Shown here: positions 52,242-61,873 of the stretch, piece by piece
Layout: the number at the start of each line of letters is the position of its first letter
Position numbering within the stretch: the stretch's first letter is position 1
Assembly: GCA_045646965.1 (NCBI GenBank)
Contig: JAZRLR010000006.1
Coordinates: 234-64,233, forward strand
Source of the DNA: Bacteroidaceae bacterium
Lineage (GTDB): Bacteria; Bacteroidota; Bacteroidia; Bacteroidales; Bacteroidaceae
DNA length: 64,000 nt
Reading direction: 5' to 3'
Made by a program: the position numbers and the translations under genes
Notes under the pieces: generated by a model
The model's input: only the letters and a program-made list of their open reading frames with translations
Database searches by the model: none
Told to the model about the DNA's origin: nothing

Positions 52242-53420
52242 TCACTTGCCGAGCAGTTGCTCTATGGAGGCCTCCAAATCTTCTATCTGGTTGTCGCGGC
52301 TTACTATTTCGTTCTCTCTGTTTATGAGGTAGAAGGCGGGGAGCTTCGCAAGGTTGTAGAGCAGGCGGTTTTTCGACTCAAGCCCCTCGCCGTCGCGCAC
52401 ACAGAGCCAGGGAAGGTTGCCTGCCGAATTGCTCCAGAAATTCTCGTTCCCGTCGAACGATACCTGGAATATTTCGAACCCGCGCTCGTGGTATTTCTCA
52501 TATATCTCGCGCAGCTTTATGTTGCGGCTGCTCATCTCGGGCACGGCATAGAGGGTGAAGTCGAGAAGCACTACCTTGCCCGCAAGAGAGCGCAGGCTCA
52601 AGGTGTCGCCGTTTATGTCGGGCAGCTCTATATTGTAGAGGCCTATCTTTTCAATCTTGTCGCTTGTGAGGTCTATGGTGTCCCGGGGTGTGGCAGGGCG
52701 TGTGTAGGCCAGTCCTTTTATGGCGATATTATATAAATGTATCGCGCGCGTCGCGTGTGGGTGCTCGTTGTTCAGGGCTGTTGCCACGGCGGCAAAGCAT
52801 TTGCTGTCGAAGCGGTTGCTTGTGGGGACAAACAGGGGTTCACCGTTCAGGCGCAGAAAGAGCGAGTAGTATGCGCTCGCCTTGTGGGGCGCTGCCGCAA
52901 TGTATTGTGTAAAAATGTTTCTCTTGAACTCCCCAATGAGGTTGTACACCGTTTCGCGTGTGTTGCCCACTGCAGCCGACGAGTTTTTCAATATGGCGTT
53001 CACCTGTTGTTGCAGCGATTTCTCGAGGGCGGCAATTTCGCGTAAGCGAAGGCTTTCGGGAGAGCCCTCGATGAGGGCGCTGTCGGCAAAGTGTGTGGCT
53101 GTGGTTGTCACGCGCACCGTCTCGGTGGAGTCGATGGCTATGGTTATGCGTCGCGGCGAGTCGTGCAGTTGCAGTGCATAGAAATCGTAGCATTCGGGGC
53201 GGGGCTGCTCAAATGAGAAACTACCCTCCTTGCCGAGCTTTACCGAATCGACTGTCACGGTTTTGTTTGTGGTTATGTGAGAGAGGTATAGAGTCTTGCC
53301 TTGCGAGCCCGATACGGTTCCCTCAATAGTGAAATGTGGCTCTTGGCTGCAGGCGAAAAAAAGTGTTGCCGCAGCGGCCACGATGCTGTTTTTTAGTATG
53401 TAGTTGCGCAAATTCTTCAT
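52242..53420 (-). CDS. Lipoprotein with a DUF4369-like N-domain and a TlpA/AhpC-type thioredoxin fold lacking the CXXC motif
   Basis: The listed ORF runs 52242-53444. It is trimmed to the ATG at 53420 (MKNLRNYILKNSIVAAAATLFFACSQ). The thioredoxin-fold segment GKVVLLDFTLYAVPEMSSRN occupies the place of the usual LIDFWASWCGPCR. No Cys pair is present. Confidence 0.65.
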   Translation of the reverse strand: MKNLRNYILKNSIVAAAATLFFACSQEPHFTIEGTVSGSQGKTLYLSHITTNKTVTVDSVKLGKEGSFSFEQPRPECYDFYALQLHDSPRRITIAIDSTETVRVTTTATHFADSALIEGSPESLRLREIAALEKSLQQQVNAILKNSSAAVGNTRETVYNLIGEFKRNIFTQYIAAAPHKASAYYSLFLRLNGEPLFVPTSNRFDSKCFAAVATALNNEHPHATRAIHLYNIAIKGLAYTRPATPRDTIDLTSDKIEKIGLYNIELPDINGDTLSLRSLAGKVVLLDFTLYAVPEMSSRNIKLREIYEKYHERGFEIFQVSFDGNENFWSNSAGNLPWLCVRDGEGLESKNRLLYNLAKLPAFYLINRENEIVSRDNQIEDLEASIEQLLGK

Positions 53421-53441
53421 ATAATAGGTAAAAATACGGGG

Positions 53442-53449
53442 CAAAGATA
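53442..53449 (-). promoter_or_regulatory. Candidate -7 box (TATCTTTG on the minus strand) for the TlpA-like gene
   Basis: CAAAGATA on the plus strand, 22 nt upstream of the ATG at 53420. Confidence 0.4.
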
Positions 53450-53470
53450 GTTAAAATGTGGAAATTTGTA

Positions 53471-53478
53471 TATCTTTG
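53471..53478 (+). promoter_or_regulatory. Candidate -7 box (TATCTTTG) for pnp
   Basis: Exact TAnnTTTG match 44 nt upstream of the ATG at 53522. Confidence 0.45.
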
Positions 53479-53521
53479 CGAGAATATAAGAAGTTTAAAA
53501 ATATTTTTAACGAATAAAAAG

Positions 53522-55687
53522 ATGAATGTTGTAACAAAAAATGTGGCTTTACCCGATGGCCGCGTTATCACTATTGAGACCGGTAAGCTCGCAAAACAGG
53601 CCGACGGTTCTGTGATGCTGCGCCTTGGTAACACAATGCTGCTGGCTACCGTGTGTGCGGCAAAGGACGCTGTTCCCGGTACCGATTTTATGCCTTTGCA
53701 GGTAGAGTATAAAGAGAAATATGCATCGTTCGGCCGTTTCCCCGGTGGTTTTACAAAACGCGAGGGTAAGGCGTCAGACTATGAGATTCTTACCTGCCGC
53801 TTGGTCGATCGCGCCTTGCGTCCCCTTTTCCCCGATAACTACCACGCAGAAGTTTATGTAAATATCGTGCTCTTCTCGGCCGACGGCGTAGATATGCCCG
53901 ATGCACTTGCTGGTCTTGCAGCTTCTGCGGCACTTGCAGTTTCTGATATCCCCTTCGGAGGCCCCATTTCAGAGGTACGCGTTGCACGCATCGGCGGTGA
54001 GTTTGTGGTGAACCCCACATTTGCACAGCTCGAGGAGGCAGATATGGATATTATGGTAGCCGCTACCTACGACAATATTATGATGGTCGAGGGTGAGATG
54101 AAAGAGGTTTCAGAGGCCGACCTTTTGGAGGCTATGAAGGTTGCTCACGAGGCTATCAAAGTTCACTGCACAGCGCAGATGGAACTTATGGAAGAGGTAG
54201 GAAAGACCGTGAAACGCGAATATTGTCACGAGGTGAACGACGAGGAGCTCCGCTCACAGGTTCACGAGGCTTGCTATGCAAAGGCTTACGCAGTTGCAGC
54301 AAGCGGAAACAACGACAAACACGGCCGTGCCGCTGCTTTCGATGCAATTAAAGAGGAGTTCAAGGCACAGTTCACCGAGGAGGAACTCGAGGAGAAGGGT
54401 GCACTCATCGACCGCTACTACCACGATGTAGAGAAAGAGGCTATGCGTCGTTGCATTCTCGACGAGGGTAAGCGTCTCGACGGTCGTACAACAACCGAGA
54501 TTCGCCCCATCTGGTGCGAGGCCGGTTATCTGCCCGGCCCCCACGGTTCTGCAGTCTTTACACGTGGTGAGACACAGTCGCTCACAACCGTTACACTCGG
54601 TACAAAGCGCGACGAGAAGATTATCGACGATGTTATGAACCAGGGCACAGAGCGTTTCCTTTTGCACTACAACTTCCCTCCCTTCTCAACAGGTGAGGCA
54701 CGTGCACAGCGCGGTGTAGGTCGTCGTGAGATTGGTCACGGTAACCTCGCTTGTCGTGCGCTCAAGAATATGATTCCTGCCGACTATCCCTATTGCGTTC
54801 GTGTAGTATCGGATATCCTTGAGTCTAATGGTTCTTCGTCAATGGCTACCGTGTGTGCAGGTACTCTCGCTCTTATGGACGCCGGTGTGAAAATTAAGAA
54901 ACCTGTATCGGGTATCGCTATGGGCCTTATCAAGAACGCAGGCGAGGACAAATATGCTGTGTTGAGCGATATTCTCGGCGACGAGGATCACTTGGGCGAT
55001 ATGGATTTCAAGGTGACAGGTACAGTCGATGGTATCACAGCCACACAGATGGATATTAAGGTAGACGGTCTTTCATACGATATCCTCGAGAAAGCCCTCA
55101 ACCAGGCACGCGAAGGTCGTATGCACATCCTCGGCAAGATTACCGAGTGCATCGCCGAGCCCCGTGCAGAACTTAAACCCCACGCTCCCCGCATTGAGAC
55201 AATGCGCATTCCCAAGGAGTTTATCGGTGCAGTTATCGGCCCCGGCGGAAAGATTATCCAGGGTATGCAGGAGGAGACAGGTGCTACCATCTCTATCGAG
55301 GAAATCGATGGCGAGGGCGTTATCGAGATTGCAGCAACCAACGGTCACGCAATCAACGAGGTTATTGCCAAAATCAAGGCTATCGTTGCAATCCCCGAGG
55401 CTGGAGAGGTTTACGAGGGTACAGTGCGCAGCGTAATGCCCTATGGCGCATTCGTTGAGTTTATGCCCGGCAAGGATGGTCTCTTGCACATTTCAGAGAT
55501 TGACTGGAAACGCTTCGAGACAATGGAAGAGGCTGGCATCAAAGAGGGTGACAAGCTGCAGGTGAAACTTGTGGAGATCGACCCCAAGACCGGTAAGTTC
55601 AAGCTCTCACGTCGTGCTTTGATTGAGAAGCCCGAGGGTTATGAGGAGCGTGAGCGTCGTCCCCGTCGCGAGCCCCGCAAGTCTTAA
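53522..55687 (+). CDS. pnp: Polyribonucleotide nucleotidyltransferase (PNPase)
   Basis: The listed ORF runs 53456-55687. It is trimmed to the ATG at 53522 ([30 protein letters not shown]...). It has two RNase PH domains, the [12 protein letters not shown] motif, a KH domain ([13 protein letters not shown]) and an S1 domain ([17 protein letters not shown]). Confidence 0.97.
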   Translation: MNVVTKNVALPDGRVITIETGKLAKQADGSVMLRLGNTMLLATVCAAKDAVPGTDFMPLQVEYKEKYASFGRFPGGFTKREGKASDYEILTCRLVDRALRPLFPDNYHAEVYVNIVLFSADGVDMPDALAGLAASAALAVSDIPFGGPISEVRVARIGGEFVVNPTFAQLEEADMDIMVAATYDNIMMVEGEMKEVSEADLLEAMKVAHEAIKVHCTAQMELMEEVGKTVKREYCHEVNDEELRSQVHEACYAKAYAVAASGNNDKHGRAAAFDAIKEEFKAQFTEEELEEKGALIDRYYHDVEKEAMRRCILDEGKRLDGRTTTEIRPIWCEAGYLPGPHGSAVFTRGETQSLTTVTLGTKRDEKIIDDVMNQGTERFLLHYNFPPFSTGEARAQRGVGRREIGHGNLACRALKNMIPADYPYCVRVVSDILESNGSSSMATVCAGTLALMDAGVKIKKPVSGIAMGLIKNAGEDKYAVLSDILGDEDHLGDMDFKVTGTVDGITATQMDIKVDGLSYDILEKALNQAREGRMHILGKITECIAEPRAELKPHAPRIETMRIPKEFIGAVIGPGGKIIQGMQEETGATISIEEIDGEGVIEIAATNGHAINEVIAKIKAIVAIPEAGEVYEGTVRSVMPYGAFVEFMPGKDGLLHISEIDWKRFETMEEAGIKEGDKLQVKLVEIDPKTGKFKLSRRALIEKPEGYEERERRPRREPRKS

Positions 55688-55710
55688 TCTGGTTTGAGAT
55701 ATTTCCTAAA

Positions 55711-55748
55711 AGGAGGCTGTGTCGCAATTTGCGGCAGCCTCCTTTTTT
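55711..55748 (+). terminator. Rho-independent terminator after pnp
   Basis: Stem AGGAGGCTG (55711-55719) / CAGCCTCCT (55735-55743), followed by TTTTTT. Confidence 0.8.
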
Positions 55749-55831
55749 ATTTGCCGCGGCGGTGCGCAGCTTTTTTTTTCTCGACGCATAAAAAAACGCT
55801 CTATATTTAGAAAATAAAAAAGAGATTTTTA

Positions 55832-55839
55832 TATCTTCG
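55832..55839 (+). promoter_or_regulatory. Candidate -7 box (TATCTTCG) for ddh
   Basis: It lies 22 nt upstream of the ATG at 55861. Confidence 0.35.
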
Positions 55840-55860
55840 CATCGCTAAAATATAACTGTT

Positions 55861-56760
55861 ATGAAAAAGATAAGAGCAGCCATAGTAGGTTATGGCAATA
55901 TTGGAAAATATACATTGCAGGCGCTCACTGCGGCTCCCGATTTCGAGGTGGCAGGCGTGGTGCGTCGTTCGGGTGCCGAGAACTTGCCCGCAGAGCTTGT
56001 CGGCTACAATGTGGTGAAAGATATACGCGAGCTTGGCGACGTAGATGTGGCCATTCTCTCAACCCCCACACGCAGCGTCGAGAAGTATGCAAAGGATATC
56101 CTCGCCCTCGGAATAAACACTGTAGACAGCTTCGACATACACTCTAAAATTGTGGAGCTGCGCCGCTCGCTCACCGAGAGCGCGCAGGCGGGCAATGCCG
56201 TTTCTATTATCTCGGCAGGCTGGGACCCCGGTAGCGACTCTGTGGTGCGTGCTTTGCTTCAGGCAATCGCTCCCAAGGGTATCACATACACAAACTTCGG
56301 CCCGGGTATGAGTATGGGACACACCGTGGCGGTGAAAGCTGTCGAGGGTGTGAAAGCCGCTCTCTCTATGACAATTCCCGTGGGCACGGGTATACATCGC
56401 CGTATGGTGTATGTGGAGATAGAGGAGGGTTATGACTTTGCGCAGGTAGCTGCCGCAATAAAGGCCGACCCTTATTTTGTGAACGACGAGACACACGTTA
56501 TGAACGTACCTTGTGTAGATGACCTTCTCGATATGGGACACGGTGTAAACCTCACCCGCAAGGGCGTTTCGGGTACAACACAGAACCAGCTCTTCGAGTT
56601 TAATATGAAAATTAACAATCCTGCACTCACAGCGCAGGTGCTTGTGTGCTGCGCACGCGCTACAATGCGTCTGCAGCCCGGCTGTTACACAATGATTGAG
56701 GTTCCCATTATCGACCTCCTCTATGGCGAGCGCGAGGAACTCATCGCTCACCTCGTATAA
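55861..56760 (+). CDS. ddh: meso-Diaminopimelate D-dehydrogenase
   Basis: 299-aa ORF with the N-terminal Rossmann segment [17 protein letters not shown]. Its length and the blocks WDPGSDS and GPGMSMGHT match Ddh of Bacteroides and Corynebacterium. Confidence 0.85.
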   Translation: MKKIRAAIVGYGNIGKYTLQALTAAPDFEVAGVVRRSGAENLPAELVGYNVVKDIRELGDVDVAILSTPTRSVEKYAKDILALGINTVDSFDIHSKIVELRRSLTESAQAGNAVSIISAGWDPGSDSVVRALLQAIAPKGITYTNFGPGMSMGHTVAVKAVEGVKAALSMTIPVGTGIHRRMVYVEIEEGYDFAQVAAAIKADPYFVNDETHVMNVPCVDDLLDMGHGVNLTRKGVSGTTQNQLFEFNMKINNPALTAQVLVCCARATMRLQPGCYTMIEVPIIDLLYGEREELIAHLV

Positions 56761-56771
56761 AAGATATCATT

Positions 56772-56810
56772 TACCGCAAACAGGCTGCTGTCAGCAGTCC
56801 GTTTGCGGTA
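56772..56810 (+). terminator. Hairpin after ddh (terminator-like, weak T-tract)
   Basis: TACCGCAAAC (56772-56781) pairs with GTTTGCGGTA (56801-56810), with an inner CTGCTG/CAGCAG stem. No immediate T-run follows. Confidence 0.45.
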
Positions 56811-56885
56811 GCGCGCAATGCTTTTTGCTTTTGCGCTCAAAGGGGGGGTATCTCCCTTTTGCGTTTTTATAAAGTTGCAATTACA

Positions 56886-58133
56886 ATGAAAAACAGATAT
56901 AAACACAGCAGCTTGCGCTTGGTAGGGCTGTTGCTTTCGCTCTTGTTTTGCTCGCTTATAACCTCTTGTGCCGACGACGACGGCGGAGAGGAGAATCTCG
57001 GCTTACCGCAGGTTTATATAAACACACCCGACGCGACTCCCATCACAAGCAAGGTCGATTGGGTGAAGGGCGGCACCTTGCGCATCCTCGACTCACGAGG
57101 CAAAGAGGTGCTTCACACAGCCTCCGACTTTAGGGGGCGCGGCAATACAACGTGGTACAATATGCCCAAGAAACCCTACGCCATAAAGCTCGCTTCGCGT
57201 GCAAAGGTTTTGGGTATGCCTGCCCACAAACGCTGGGTTCTGCTTGCCAATTGGATGGACAGGACCCTTATGCGCAACGCAGTCTCTTTTGAGGTGGCCC
57301 GTCGCTGTATGAGCTACACGCCGCGCGGCAAGTTTGTCGAGCTATATGTAAACGATGTGCACCAAGGCAATTATTACCTGTGTGAGCACGTAAAGATAGA
57401 CCGCTACAGGGTAGACATCGACGAGATAGAAGAGGATACCCCACTGCAGGATATCACAGGTGGTTATATCCTTGAGTTTGACAAATTTGCCAACTCCGAG
57501 CCCGTCTATTTCTACACAAGCATAAATAACTATGCGGTGGCTATAAAGGAGCCTGACGAAGATATTATAATTGACTCGCAGCACCCGGCCTTCAGCTACA
57601 TAAAAGGGTATGTCGATAACCTTGAGGCGCTCTTTGAGAGCGACGACTATGCGGCGGTGTGCAATCTCATCGACATAGAATCCTTTATAGACTCCTGGCT
57701 TGTGTATAACCTGACGGGCAACCAGGAACCGGCGCACCCGAAGAGCTTCTTTATGCACAAGAAACGCAACGGCAAGCTCTATGCAGGGCCTGTGTGGGAC
57801 TTCGATTGGGGTACCTTTGTTCCGGGCCTGAAGGGTGCCATTCTGCAAAATGCCTTTTATTACCGCTATCTCTTTGCAAATGTCGAGTTTAAACAGGAGG
57901 TGAAAAAGAGATGGGAAAAACTGAAGCCAGCCTTTGAGGAGGTGCCCTATTTTATAGACGAGACCGCCTTATATATAGCCGAGTCCAACGCAATAAACAG
58001 CGTTATGTGGCCCATCTCCCTGACGGTAAACGGCGACGAGGAGATGACTTTTGAAGAGGCTGTTGCCCGTATGTATGCCGCCTATATGGAACGTATAGAT
58101 GAACTCGACCGAGTTATAATGGGCTCCTTTTGA
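56886..58133 (+). CDS. CotH-family (atypical kinase fold) lipoprotein
   Basis: The listed ORF runs 56859-58133. It is trimmed to the ATG at 56886 (MKNRYKHSSLRLVGLLLSLLFCSLITSCADDD, lipobox ITSC). CotH-like blocks: GNTTW..PKKPY.IK, NWMDRTLMRN, GGYILEFD, WDFDWGTF. Confidence 0.7.
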   Translation: MKNRYKHSSLRLVGLLLSLLFCSLITSCADDDGGEENLGLPQVYINTPDATPITSKVDWVKGGTLRILDSRGKEVLHTASDFRGRGNTTWYNMPKKPYAIKLASRAKVLGMPAHKRWVLLANWMDRTLMRNAVSFEVARRCMSYTPRGKFVELYVNDVHQGNYYLCEHVKIDRYRVDIDEIEEDTPLQDITGGYILEFDKFANSEPVYFYTSINNYAVAIKEPDEDIIIDSQHPAFSYIKGYVDNLEALFESDDYAAVCNLIDIESFIDSWLVYNLTGNQEPAHPKSFFMHKKRNGKLYAGPVWDFDWGTFVPGLKGAILQNAFYYRYLFANVEFKQEVKKRWEKLKPAFEEVPYFIDETALYIAESNAINSVMWPISLTVNGDEEMTFEEAVARMYAAYMERIDELDRVIMGSF

Positions 58134-58151
58134 TTTTTAACCGATATACAG

Positions 58152-58192
58152 CTTTGCTACCTGCAGAATCCTGCAGGTAGCAAAGTTTTTTT
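58152..58192 (+). terminator. Strong Rho-independent terminator after the CotH-like gene
   Basis: Perfect 15-bp stem CTTTGCTACCTGCAG (58152-58166) / CTGCAGGTAGCAAAG (58171-58185), loop AATC, then TTTTTTT. Confidence 0.9.
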
Positions 58193-58322
58193 GTAGGTGC
58201 TGTTTGCGAGGGTGTAACGACATATTTAGGGCTACAATCTTGCGTTTTTTGCATATTATTTATATTTTTGTGAGATTGCAAACAAAAGAGTATATTTACG
58301 CATCTTTTCACCTATATCGCAA

Positions 58323-59453
58323 ATGTCAGTAGAAATAAAAAAAGTGGATTCGGAGAGCTTGCTCAAGCAATTTGTGCGTTACAACTACACCTTGTACAAG
58401 GATTGTCCCTATGCGGTGCCCGAGCTCTACGAGGATACTCTCGCCACGTTGCGCAAGAAAAGCAACGCCGCATTTGAGTTTTGCGATGCCGACTATTTCC
58501 TAGCCTTTCGCGACGGCAAGATTGTGGGGCGTGTAGCTGCAATTATAAACCACAAGGCCAACGAGCTTTGGGGCAAGAAGGCGGCCCGCTTCGGCTGGAT
58601 TGATTTCGTGGACGATGCCGAGGTCTCTTCTGCGCTTATGAACGCCGTGGAGGAGTGGGCTCGCGAGAGAGGAATGACAGAACTGCACGGCCCTCTCGGC
58701 TTCACCGACTTCGATCCCGAGGGTATGCTTGTCGAGGGCTTCGACCGTCTGGGTACTATGGCCACAATATACAACTACCCCTACTATCCCCGCCACATTG
58801 AGCGTTTGGGCTTTGAGAAGGATGTCGATTGGGTGGAATACCTCATAAAAGTGCCCGAAAAGAACTGGGAAAAGGCCGAGCGACTCTCGGCTGTCGTGGC
58901 GCGTAAATATAAGTTGCGTGTGGTGCAGTGCGGCTCAACCCGTGAACTTGCCCGCAGATATGGCAAGGCGCTCTTTGAGCTTGTGAACGAGTGCTACGCT
59001 CCGTTATATGGCTTTTCGCCGTTGAGCGAGAAGCAGATTGCACAGTTTATAAAACAGTATCTGCCTGTGATAGACCTGCGTCTGGCCTCTGCCGTGGTGG
59101 ACGAGAATGACAACCTTGTGGCGATAGGTGTGAGCCTTGTATCGCTCTCCGAGGCGTTGCAAAAGGCCAAGGGCAAGATGTTTCCCTTTGGCTGGTGGCA
59201 CTTGGCAAAGGCGCTGTTTGTGAAGCGTCCCACACGACTCGATTTTCTGCTTGTGGCAGTGAAACCCGAGTATCAGAGCAAAGGCGTCATTTCGTTGCTC
59301 TTCAACGACCTTATGCCCCGATACATCTCTATGGGATTCAAAGATGTGGAGACAAACCCCGAACTTGAGACAAATAACAAGATACAGGCGCAGTGGGAGA
59401 GTTTCGAGAGAGAGCAACACAAACGTCGCAGGGCGTTCAAAAAATCAATTTAA
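58323..59453 (+). CDS. Two-lobed GNAT-like acyltransferase, substrate unknown
   Basis: 376-aa ORF. The N-lobe reads [35 protein letters not shown]...[17 protein letters not shown]. The C-lobe reads [19 protein letters not shown], a Q/RxxGxG/A-like acyl-CoA site variant. It ends 5 nt before parE. A TATTTTTG box lies at 58263-58270. Confidence 0.5.
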   Translation: MSVEIKKVDSESLLKQFVRYNYTLYKDCPYAVPELYEDTLATLRKKSNAAFEFCDADYFLAFRDGKIVGRVAAIINHKANELWGKKAARFGWIDFVDDAEVSSALMNAVEEWARERGMTELHGPLGFTDFDPEGMLVEGFDRLGTMATIYNYPYYPRHIERLGFEKDVDWVEYLIKVPEKNWEKAERLSAVVARKYKLRVVQCGSTRELARRYGKALFELVNECYAPLYGFSPLSEKQIAQFIKQYLPVIDLRLASAVVDENDNLVAIGVSLVSLSEALQKAKGKMFPFGWWHLAKALFVKRPTRLDFLLVAVKPEYQSKGVISLLFNDLMPRYISMGFKDVETNPELETNNKIQAQWESFEREQHKRRRAFKKSI

Positions 59454-59458
59454 GAGTT

Positions 59459-61414
59459 ATGAGTGAGGAAAAAGACCTTATTTTCGATAATGCGGCTCCT
59501 GTGGAGCAGGTAGAATATAACGAAGAAAATATTCGACATCTCGATGATATGGAGCACATACGCACCCGCCCCGGTATGTATATCGGTAAGTTGGGCGACG
59601 GCTCGCAGAGCGACGACGGTATCTATGTGCTTCTCAAGGAGGTGATGGACAACAGTATCGACGAGTTCAAGATGGGTGGCGGCAAGCGCATCGAGATTGA
59701 CATCGACGAGAACCGCTCTGTGGTGGTGCGCGACTATGGTCGAGGCATACCGCAGGGAAAGATGATTGAGGCGGTGAGCAAGCTCAATACCGGTGGAAAG
59801 TATGATAACAAGGCTTTCAAGAAATCGGTAGGTCTCAACGGTGTGGGCCTAAAGGCCGTGAATGCGTTGAGCTCGCGTTTCGAGGTGCGCAGTTACCGCG
59901 ACGGAGTGGTGCGTACAGCCTCGTTTGAGGGAGGTATCCTTGTGAGCGACACCACCGAAAAAACAGCCGACGAAACAGGCACATACATCTCCTTCACTCC
60001 CGACTCTACACTCTTTCGCAACTACGAGTTTCGCCCGGCGTTCATTGAGACGCTGCTGCGCAACTACACCTATCTTAACACAGGTCTTGCCATAATGTTC
60101 AACGGCAAGCGCATTTTGTCGCGCAACGGTCTCGCCGACCTCCTTTCCGACAATATGACAGCCGAGAGCCTCTATCCCATCATACACCTCAAGGGCGAGG
60201 ATATAGAGATAGCCTTCACCCACGCGCAGCAGTATGGCGAGGAGTATTACTCTTTTGTGAACGGACAGCACACCTCGCAAGGCGGTACACACCAGAGCGC
60301 CTTCAAGGAGATGGTGGCGTCTACCATACACGACTTCTTCTCGGCCAAGAACTTTGAGTATTGCGACATACGCAACGGAATTGTGGCGGCCATAGCCGTG
60401 AATATTCAGGAACCTGTGTTCGAGAGCCAGACAAAGGTGCGCCTCGGCTCCACAACCATAGCACCCGAAGAGGGTAGTATGAGCGTGAAGAAATTCATTG
60501 GAGATTTTGTGAAGGAGGAGCTCGATAACTTCCTGCACAAGAACCCCGACATCAGCGATGTGATGCTTGTGAAGATACAGGCCTCCGAGAAGGAGCGCAA
60601 GGAACTTGCAGGTCTCACAAAACAGGTGCGCGAGAAGGCAAAGAAGGTGAATATCCACAACCGCAAGCTGCGCGATTGCCGCATACACTACAACGACAGC
60701 AAAGGCGACCGCATAGACGAGAGCTGCATCTTCATTACCGAGGGAGACTCTGCGAGCGGCTCCATCACAAAGAGCCGCGACGCCAATACCCAAGCGGTCT
60801 TCAGCCTTCGCGGAAAGCCGCTCAACTGCTTCGGCTTGAGCCGTGCGGTAGTCTATCAGAACGAAGAGTTCAACCTGCTGCAGGCGGCACTTAACATTGA
60901 GGACGGCCTCGAGGGGCTTCGCTATAACAAAGTAATTGTGGCAACCGATGCCGATGTCGATGGTATGCACATCCGCCTTTTGATGATAAGTTTCTTTCTG
61001 CAATTCTTCCCCGAGCTCATCAAGAAGGGGCACGTTTACATATTGCAGACACCGCTATTTCGCGTGCGTAACAAGCGCAAGCAGCCACGCGGAAAAAAGT
61101 CGGGCGACGAGAAAGGGGGCTCAAAAGGCGATTTCGAAACAATTTACTGCTATTCCGAGGAAGAGCGCATAGCTGCCATAGAGAAGCTCTCGCCCAACCC
61201 CGAGATTACACGATTTAAGGGACTTGGTGAGATTTCTCCCGACGAGTTCCGCAATTTCATCGGTGCCGATATGCGCCTGGAGCGCGTTACAATGCACAAA
61301 GATGATAAAGTGGAAGAACTGCTCTGTTACTATATGGGTAAAAACACAATGGAGAGACAGAATTTTATTATTGACAACCTCGTTGTAGAGGAAGATAAGA
61401 CAAATGAAATTTAA
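59459..61414 (+). CDS. parE: DNA topoisomerase IV subunit B (type IIA topoisomerase ATPase subunit)
   Basis: The listed ORF runs 59393-61414. It is trimmed to the ATG at 59459 ([48 protein letters not shown]...). It has the GHKL ATPase blocks ([23 protein letters not shown]), the Toprim EGDSA motif and the DADVDGMHI motif. The N-terminal pattern fits Bacteroidetes ParE better than GyrB. Confidence 0.8.
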   Translation: MSEEKDLIFDNAAPVEQVEYNEENIRHLDDMEHIRTRPGMYIGKLGDGSQSDDGIYVLLKEVMDNSIDEFKMGGGKRIEIDIDENRSVVVRDYGRGIPQGKMIEAVSKLNTGGKYDNKAFKKSVGLNGVGLKAVNALSSRFEVRSYRDGVVRTASFEGGILVSDTTEKTADETGTYISFTPDSTLFRNYEFRPAFIETLLRNYTYLNTGLAIMFNGKRILSRNGLADLLSDNMTAESLYPIIHLKGEDIEIAFTHAQQYGEEYYSFVNGQHTSQGGTHQSAFKEMVASTIHDFFSAKNFEYCDIRNGIVAAIAVNIQEPVFESQTKVRLGSTTIAPEEGSMSVKKFIGDFVKEELDNFLHKNPDISDVMLVKIQASEKERKELAGLTKQVREKAKKVNIHNRKLRDCRIHYNDSKGDRIDESCIFITEGDSASGSITKSRDANTQAVFSLRGKPLNCFGLSRAVVYQNEEFNLLQAALNIEDGLEGLRYNKVIVATDADVDGMHIRLLMISFFLQFFPELIKKGHVYILQTPLFRVRNKRKQPRGKKSGDEKGGSKGDFETIYCYSEEERIAAIEKLSPNPEITRFKGLGEISPDEFRNFIGADMRLERVTMHKDDKVEELLCYYMGKNTMERQNFIIDNLVVEEDKTNEI

Positions 61415-61420
61415 GCAGTT

Positions 61421-61858
61421 ATGAAAACAGTTGTTTTTGCGGGTACATTTGCCCCTTACACCCGTGGACACCACGCCATTGTGGAACGCGCCCTTTCGAT
61501 GTTCGACAAAGTGGTTGTCGCAATAGGAAACAATGTGGAGAAAGCTATGATGCTCACACCCGAGCAGCGCAAGGCCTTCATTGAGAGCGTGTATGTCGAT
61601 GAACCCCGTGTGGAGGTTGCCGTTTACGACGGTCTCACGGTGGACTTTGCCCGTTCAATAGGTGCTACGGCTCTTTTGCGCGGTGTGCGCAGCGTTAAGG
61701 ACTTTGAATATGAACGCGACCTTGCCGACGTGAATATGCGCATCGGCGGCATAGAAACGGTTATCCTCATAAGCTCGCCCGAATATGCCGTTGTGAGCAG
61801 TAGTCTTGTGCGCGAGCTCATTTCACACGGCAAGGATGTATCGGAATTCCTACCCTAA
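61421..61858 (+). CDS. coaD: Phosphopantetheine adenylyltransferase
   Basis: 145-aa ORF with GTFAPYTRGHHAIVERA (the T/HxGH nucleotidyltransferase motif) and the SSSLVRE motif. Confidence 0.92.
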   Translation: MKTVVFAGTFAPYTRGHHAIVERALSMFDKVVVAIGNNVEKAMMLTPEQRKAFIESVYVDEPRVEVAVYDGLTVDFARSIGATALLRGVRSVKDFEYERDLADVNMRIGGIETVILISSPEYAVVSSSLVRELISHGKDVSEFLP

Positions 61859-61873
61859 TTTTAAAATTAAAAA

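Noticed and set aside
59849-61033. 394-aa minus-strand ORF antisense to parE. Comparable antisense ORFs lie at 19447-20421, 10738-11691, 8519-9418, 16093-16953, 20732-21484, 35359-36054 and 38500-39027.
   Set aside because: Each overlaps a confidently identified gene on the other strand and has no signal of its own: no start context, no motifs, and biased low-complexity composition.
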